Origin: Minisyncoccota bacterium | Lineage (GTDB): Bacteria > Patescibacteriota > Minisyncoccia > UBA6257 > GWB1-50-10 | Direction: 5' to 3' | Length of the DNA: 64,000 bases | Assembly (NCBI GenBank): GCA_041917695.1 | Contig: JAYRXE010000037.1 | Location: 306,582-370,581 of the forward strand | Part shown: positions 59,584 through 64,000 of the stretch, in pieces | How positions within the stretch are numbered: position 1 is the first letter of the stretch | How the letters are laid out: each line of letters opens with the position of its first letter | Made by a program: the position numbers and the translations under genes | Notes under the pieces: generated by a model | What the model was told of the DNA's origin: nothing | The model's input: the letters and a program-made list of their open reading frames with translations, nothing else | Databases searched by the model: none

Positions 59584-60711
59584 CTACGCTCCCCCGCCGA
59601 TGCGGGCGATTTCTTCGGCAAGCACCTTTGCGGCGCCCGGGCGCGCGAACGCGCGGGCCGCTTCCTCCATTTTCTTCCGTACCGCTTCATTTCCCGCAAT
59701 TTCCCGCGCTTTCATGAGCACGATGTGCGGTTTGAAGTTTTCCGACTCAATCACGATTCCCGCCCCGCCTTTCGCATATTCCCACGCGTTTCGCTCCTGG
59801 TGCCCGTTTGCCGAGTTCGAAAGCGGAATAAGGAGCGACGCGCGGCCAAATGCGGCGAGCTCGAATATGCTCCCCGAGCCGGCGCGTGCGACGACGAGGT
59901 CGGCAGAGGCATACGCAAAGCGCAAATCCGCAATATCCAAATAGGGATAGACGCGGTACCGGCGCCGGCGGTCTTCGGGAAGCTCTTCAAGCGCCACTTT
60001 CGATACGGCTTCGGTTTCGGGAAAATTCCGCTCGCCCGCAATATGCAGAATCTGAAATTCCCCGAGGAACTCGGCGAGGTTATTGAGAACGAAATTATTT
60101 ATTTCCTGCGCCCCCTGCGAACCGCCGAAAAAGAACAGCGCGGGAAGAGCCGTATCAAAGCCGAAATGCTGTTTCGAGTGCTCGCGCGTGAATCCTCCTT
60201 CAAAAAGGGATTTCCGCACGGGATTCCCGACCACGGCAGTCTTCTTCTTCGGGAAAAAGCTTTCCGCGGCGGAAAACGAAACCGCCACGCGGTCGGCGAG
60301 TTTTCCCGACAACTTGTTCGTAAGTCCCGGAACCGCGTCGGACTCGTGGACGATAACCGGAATGAAATAGAATTTCGCGGCAATGACGACCGGGAGCGCG
60401 CCGGGGCCGCCTTTTGAAAAAACGACATCAGGCATAATCTGGAACATTTTCGCGAGCGCCTGGATGATGCTGATGAAAAACTTGGGTATGTCGAGGAGGT
60501 TCAAGGGAGAAAAATATCGCCTCATCTTGCTCGAAAGGACGGGAAGAAGCGTCACGTCCCGCTCGAGGAATTCGCGATCATAGGGGCTTTTGGGGCCCAT
60601 GTAAAAAACGCGGAATTCCTGATCCCGCATTGAACTAAGTTCCTCGAGCACCGAAAGGAGCGGATAGACGTGGCCGCCGCTTCCGCCGCCCGTTAAAAGC
60701 ACTTTTATCAT
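59584..60711 (-). CDS. murG: Lipid II N-acetylglucosaminyltransferase
   Basis: GGGSGGHVYP, GNPVR, GGSQGA, HQERNA. Confidence 0.96.
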   Translation of the reverse strand: MIKVLLTGGGSGGHVYPLLSVLEELSSMRDQEFRVFYMGPKSPYDREFLERDVTLLPVLSSKMRRYFSPLNLLDIPKFFISIIQALAKMFQIMPDVVFSKGGPGALPVVIAAKFYFIPVIVHESDAVPGLTNKLSGKLADRVAVSFSAAESFFPKKKTAVVGNPVRKSLFEGGFTREHSKQHFGFDTALPALFFFGGSQGAQEINNFVLNNLAEFLGEFQILHIAGERNFPETEAVSKVALEELPEDRRRRYRVYPYLDIADLRFAYASADLVVARAGSGSIFELAAFGRASLLIPLSNSANGHQERNAWEYAKGGAGIVIESENFKPHIVLMKAREIAGNEAVRKKMEEAARAFARPGAAKVLAEEIARIGGGA

Positions 60712-60717
60712 CGAAAA

Positions 60718-61854
60718 CTAACGCCGGTACCTCGATATATTAGCAATTATGCCCCCCATGGTCAAAAAGACGGCGAGTGCGGTTCCGCCATAGCTGATGA
60801 AGGGAAGCGGGACGCCGGTAAGCGGAAAAAGCCCCGAAATGGCCCCGATATTCACCGCCGACTGGAGTGCAATGATGGAGGTAAAACCGATGACAAGCGA
60901 TTTCCCGAAATCGTCCGACACGCGCTTCGCAATCCAAAAACCCCTCCAAATGAGGATGCTGAATGCCGCAAGGAGCGCCGTCGCCCCCAGAAAGCCGAAT
61001 TCTTCGCCGACCACGGCAAAGATCGCGTCGCCGGCAACCTCGGGAATCGAGGTTTTAGTCGCGGAATTTCCGAATCCCACGCCGTAGAGGCCTCCTGAAC
61101 GCATGGCAAACAAGGTCTTTTTAAGCTGGAATCCCGCGCCGCGCTCGAAATCCTTATCCCCTCCTTCGACCGTGTGGGTGAGATACGCGCTCACGCGGGA
61201 AAAGCGATAGGGGGAGACGGCAACCAGCACGGATACGGCAAGAACCGCCGCGGCGACCATGATGAAGAAATATTTCCACGGCAAACCGTTCACGAAATAG
61301 ATGATGAAACATGCCGCGGCGATGATGACGGCAAGGGTCGTCGACGGCTGAAGGAAGAAAAGGATTGCCACGACTCCCAGGATGAACATGAAGGGCATGA
61401 AGCCCTTAGTGAAACTTTTCACGCGCTCCTTATTGCCGGCAAGCCACGCCGAAAAAAAGATAATGATGGAGAGCTTCATGATTTCACCGGGCTGGAAGGT
61501 GAAGCCTCCTACATCAATCCATCGCGCGGCGCCCTTGGCGCTCACTCCCACGGAGGGAATGAAGACAAGCATGAGAAGCAGGAGCGAAAAAGCGAATACG
61601 GGCACGGCGGCGCGTTTCAGCCATTGGTAGGGCATGAAAAGCCCCGCGAAAAATCCCGGGATGCCGAAGAGCGCGAGGTGCATAAACTGGCGTTTCAAAA
61701 AATATGCGCTGTCGCCAAATTGGCGCGCGCCGACATCCGAAGATGCGGATGAAAGCATGAGAAAACCGAAGACGGTAAGCAGCACGACGAACGCGATGAA
61801 CGGATAATCCACCTGCGCCGTACGATGCGCTTTCCTCATTGCTTTTGCCGTCAT
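60718..61854 (-). CDS. ftsW: SEDS peptidoglycan glycosyltransferase FtsW
   Basis: GAARWI..FQPGE..K, PLTGVPLPFISYGG. Confidence 0.92.
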   Translation of the reverse strand: MTAKAMRKAHRTAQVDYPFIAFVVLLTVFGFLMLSSASSDVGARQFGDSAYFLKRQFMHLALFGIPGFFAGLFMPYQWLKRAAVPVFAFSLLLLMLVFIPSVGVSAKGAARWIDVGGFTFQPGEIMKLSIIIFFSAWLAGNKERVKSFTKGFMPFMFILGVVAILFFLQPSTTLAVIIAAACFIIYFVNGLPWKYFFIMVAAAVLAVSVLVAVSPYRFSRVSAYLTHTVEGGDKDFERGAGFQLKKTLFAMRSGGLYGVGFGNSATKTSIPEVAGDAIFAVVGEEFGFLGATALLAAFSILIWRGFWIAKRVSDDFGKSLVIGFTSIIALQSAVNIGAISGLFPLTGVPLPFISYGGTALAVFLTMGGIIANISRYRR

Positions 61855-63332
61855 ACGGAATTAAGCATTCCCCTTCCCCCGCCCGCCCCCGTTTCAATGC
61901 CGTCCGCAACCGCCCGCACGCCGTTTACGAAAAGTTCGCGTACCTCCCCCCGTTCGCCGAAGACGGCCAAATCCGCCGCATATCCGGGCTTCACCACGCC
62001 GCGGCGCAGAAGCCCGTATTTTTTGGCCGGTGCGAGGCTATATTTCTCGACGAGGCGTTCAAGAGGCATCTCCGCTTTTTCGGCGAGCGAAAAGACGGGG
62101 CTTTCCTTCACTGTCTCAGAAAAAAGAATGCTCCCCGATGCGAGAATGGAGAGGGGCGACGACAGCAGACTCCGGGATTCGCGGGGTTCATAGGCCCCCG
62201 AGAGCCTGAATTCGCCTTCACCCCGGGAAGTCATGAGAATGCGCAGATAGGTTTCCGCGACGCGCTTCCCCTGGTTTTTTGCGGTTTCCTTCAGCGTTTT
62301 TCCGTTCAGGAAGGAAAGCGGCTGGGGCATATTCATAAACATCAAATCTTTCGGCAGGATGCCGCGGAGATATTCCAAAACGCGCTTCTTATGGAGCGGG
62401 AGGGCGAGGTCGTTCATCATTTCCGTGCGATTTTTCCGTATCGCCCAGCGCGGGAGGAATTCCCGCAAGAGTCCTTCGCGGTCTTCCCACGGCGACACGT
62501 CGAAATGGACGTTCATTTCCGACGATTTTTTCTCCAGAGAAGCGATAGACGCTTCAAGCTCCTCGTCGCCCGGCTGATATGGTTCGGGGAAGTTCGAGAT
62601 GGTGAGCGCCACACCGGTCTTCTTTGCGAGCGTTGTCAATTCGCGGAATGACGTTTCAAAGTCCGCTTCCGCCCGCAACGTGATCGAAAGCGACCCTCCG
62701 GCATCTTTCAGCGCGGAGGCGACGGCGAGAAGCGCGCGTTTCGAAATAAGCGCGCCCCGCGGAGTTCCGAGATCTACGGAAAGGCCCAGCATCCCCTCCT
62801 GAAGATTCCGGCGCAATAGTTTTATGAGTACCGCAAGCTCGCCGTCCGTGAGGTCTGAAGCGTCGCGGGAAACTACGGCGTGGCGAAGCGTCTCAAAACC
62901 CGTAAAACTCCCGAAATTTATTCCCGACCTGCCCGGAACCGATATGTATTTAAAAAGTTCGGCGGGGGTTTCCCAATCGCGGTTTGCGTGCACATCGCAC
63001 CGGTCATGGAGGCCCCGGTTCACGAGACTCGAAGAAAACGGCACCAATGATTCGCCGAAACCGCCGGCAATGACGGTGGTTATCCCCCGTTTCTGGAGCG
63101 CCGATGTGTGCGACGCTGAAAAAATGGCGCAATAATCGTCCGGGCGGAGCGCGGTCTCGATGAACCCGGGCGTAATGACGAGTCCGGAAGCGTCTATCGA
63201 GCGGACGGCCGAGGAAAGCGGATAGGCCCCCACTCCTTCGATAACGCCTCGCGATATCAAAACGTCCGCTTTGTGCGGGGAATTGCCGGTGCCGTCATAA
63301 AGAAGGCCGTTTTTGATGAGCGTCGTCGGCAT
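61851..63332 (-). CDS. N-acyl-D-amino-acid deacylase-like amidohydrolase, metal ligands apparently degenerate
   Basis: IKNGLLYDGTG, ITPGFIE, RGVVKPGYAADLAVF. Confidence 0.8.
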   Translation of the reverse strand: MPTTLIKNGLLYDGTGNSPHKADVLISRGVIEGVGAYPLSSAVRSIDASGLVITPGFIETALRPDDYCAIFSASHTSALQKRGITTVIAGGFGESLVPFSSSLVNRGLHDRCDVHANRDWETPAELFKYISVPGRSGINFGSFTGFETLRHAVVSRDASDLTDGELAVLIKLLRRNLQEGMLGLSVDLGTPRGALISKRALLAVASALKDAGGSLSITLRAEADFETSFRELTTLAKKTGVALTISNFPEPYQPGDEELEASIASLEKKSSEMNVHFDVSPWEDREGLLREFLPRWAIRKNRTEMMNDLALPLHKKRVLEYLRGILPKDLMFMNMPQPLSFLNGKTLKETAKNQGKRVAETYLRILMTSRGEGEFRLSGAYEPRESRSLLSSPLSILASGSILFSETVKESPVFSLAEKAEMPLERLVEKYSLAPAKKYGLLRRGVVKPGYAADLAVFGERGEVRELFVNGVRAVADGIETGAGGGRGMLNSV

Positions 63333-63417
63333 ATCTATTGATTATACCAACTATTTCAAAAAAATTGATGCGCTGATACCATAGGGGCATCGTTAATAAC
63401 TTAAAAAGGGAGGATTC

Positions 63418-63735
63418 GTGCCTGAAAAGAGAAAATTCATATGCATCAAGGAAGTACCGGATATGTTTGCCGATGCGGGCTACATTCCTTATCGCGAACG
63501 CAAAGCGTGGGTTGGCCTTCTCCTTCCCGTCATGACCGCGAAAGAAATGGAAAAGCTCAATTCATTTTTCCTTCATACCGTTTCGAAAGATTCGTATGTG
63601 GTAAACATAGAAAAAGGAATTGCGGCGCTCAGGAAAACAAGGGGTAAAAAGAAATCCGCGCGCTTCTGGAATGGATTACGCGCTTTCATACCCGCACTTA
63701 CCTTCGATAAGGCGCACGTTGAACCTATCGGATAA
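63418..63735 (+). CDS. Hypothetical protein, accessory module
   Basis: TTAATAACTTAA at 63393, GGGAGG SD, GTG start, hairpin 63740-63765. Confidence 0.75.
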   Translation: MPEKRKFICIKEVPDMFADAGYIPYRERKAWVGLLLPVMTAKEMEKLNSFFLHTVSKDSYVVNIEKGIAALRKTRGKKKSARFWNGLRAFIPALTFDKAHVEPIG

Positions 63736-63767
63736 AAATAAAAAGCCGCTCATCAAGCGGCTTTGTT

Positions 63768-64000
63768 TTATGCCTTACCTTCGGGAATTCGCGAAAGAAA
63801 CTCTTTTTTGAATTCACCAAACGTCCCGTTTCGGATATGAAGGCGGATGTCTTCCATCAGTTTGTTGAAGAAACGTACGTTATGGTAGGAAAGGATGCGC
63901 TTCATCCGCAACTTCCCTTTCCGCATGTCATCCGGCGTCCGAAAGTCATCTTTTCCAATCTTCCATATCTCTCTGCGGGTCATTTTCTCGGAACCCGCGC
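63768..64000 (-). CDS. tgt: tRNA-guanine transglycosylase C-terminus (partial)
   Basis: RILSYHNVRFFNKLMEDIRLHIRNGTFGEFKKEF. Confidence 0.7.
   Translation of the reverse strand, partial: AGSEKMTRREIWKIGKDDFRTPDDMRKGKLRMKRILSYHNVRFFNKLMEDIRLHIRNGTFGEFKKEFLSRIPEGKA

Noticed and set aside
1-64000. Alternative genetic code (UGA=Gly, code 25)
   Set aside because: TGA ends the TrmH-family gene, alaS and rplI at expected positions, and core genes have no in-frame TGA.
63860-64000. Loss of the Zn site in Tgt
   Set aside because: The region is atypical but the window cuts the gene, so the Cys cluster cannot be assessed.

Overview
Bacterial chromosome segment in genetic code 11, moderately GC-rich in its core genes. 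It is most likely Patescibacteria/CPR (Parcubacteria-like); this is inferred from the compact gene order, short AlaRS, Lys-rich RpoD N-terminus, baseplate-J-like, cohesin/dockerin and LDT-S11 surface proteins, and leaderless starts. Housekeeping genes include gap, uppP, uvrA, truB, hisS, raiA, rsmE, nth, parA/parB, rel, groES/groEL with CIRCE, lemA/htpX, dnaG-rpoD-alaS, rplI, rpmA, murE, gltX, murG, ftsW, partial tgt, tRNA-Leu(CAA) and tRNA-Ser(GGA). The main signal is about 22 stand-alone accessory genes built on one template: TTGAC(A/T) -35, 16-18 nt, -10, about 6 nt, 'AG' start, AU-rich leader (TTAATAACTTAA-like), usually a strong Shine-Dalgarno, an unrelated ORF, and a GC hairpin terminator. 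Thirteen are packed into 42.1-52.6 kb and the rest are inserted singly between core genes. Many core operon-leading genes instead put their ATG at the position where the modules have 'AG', i.e. they look leaderless. Some module cargo (a T9SS-sorted protein, a beta-barrel-like protein) fits a diderm host better than this cell. No integrase, CRISPR array or prophage is visible. All product calls come from recognising motifs by eye, not from database searches.
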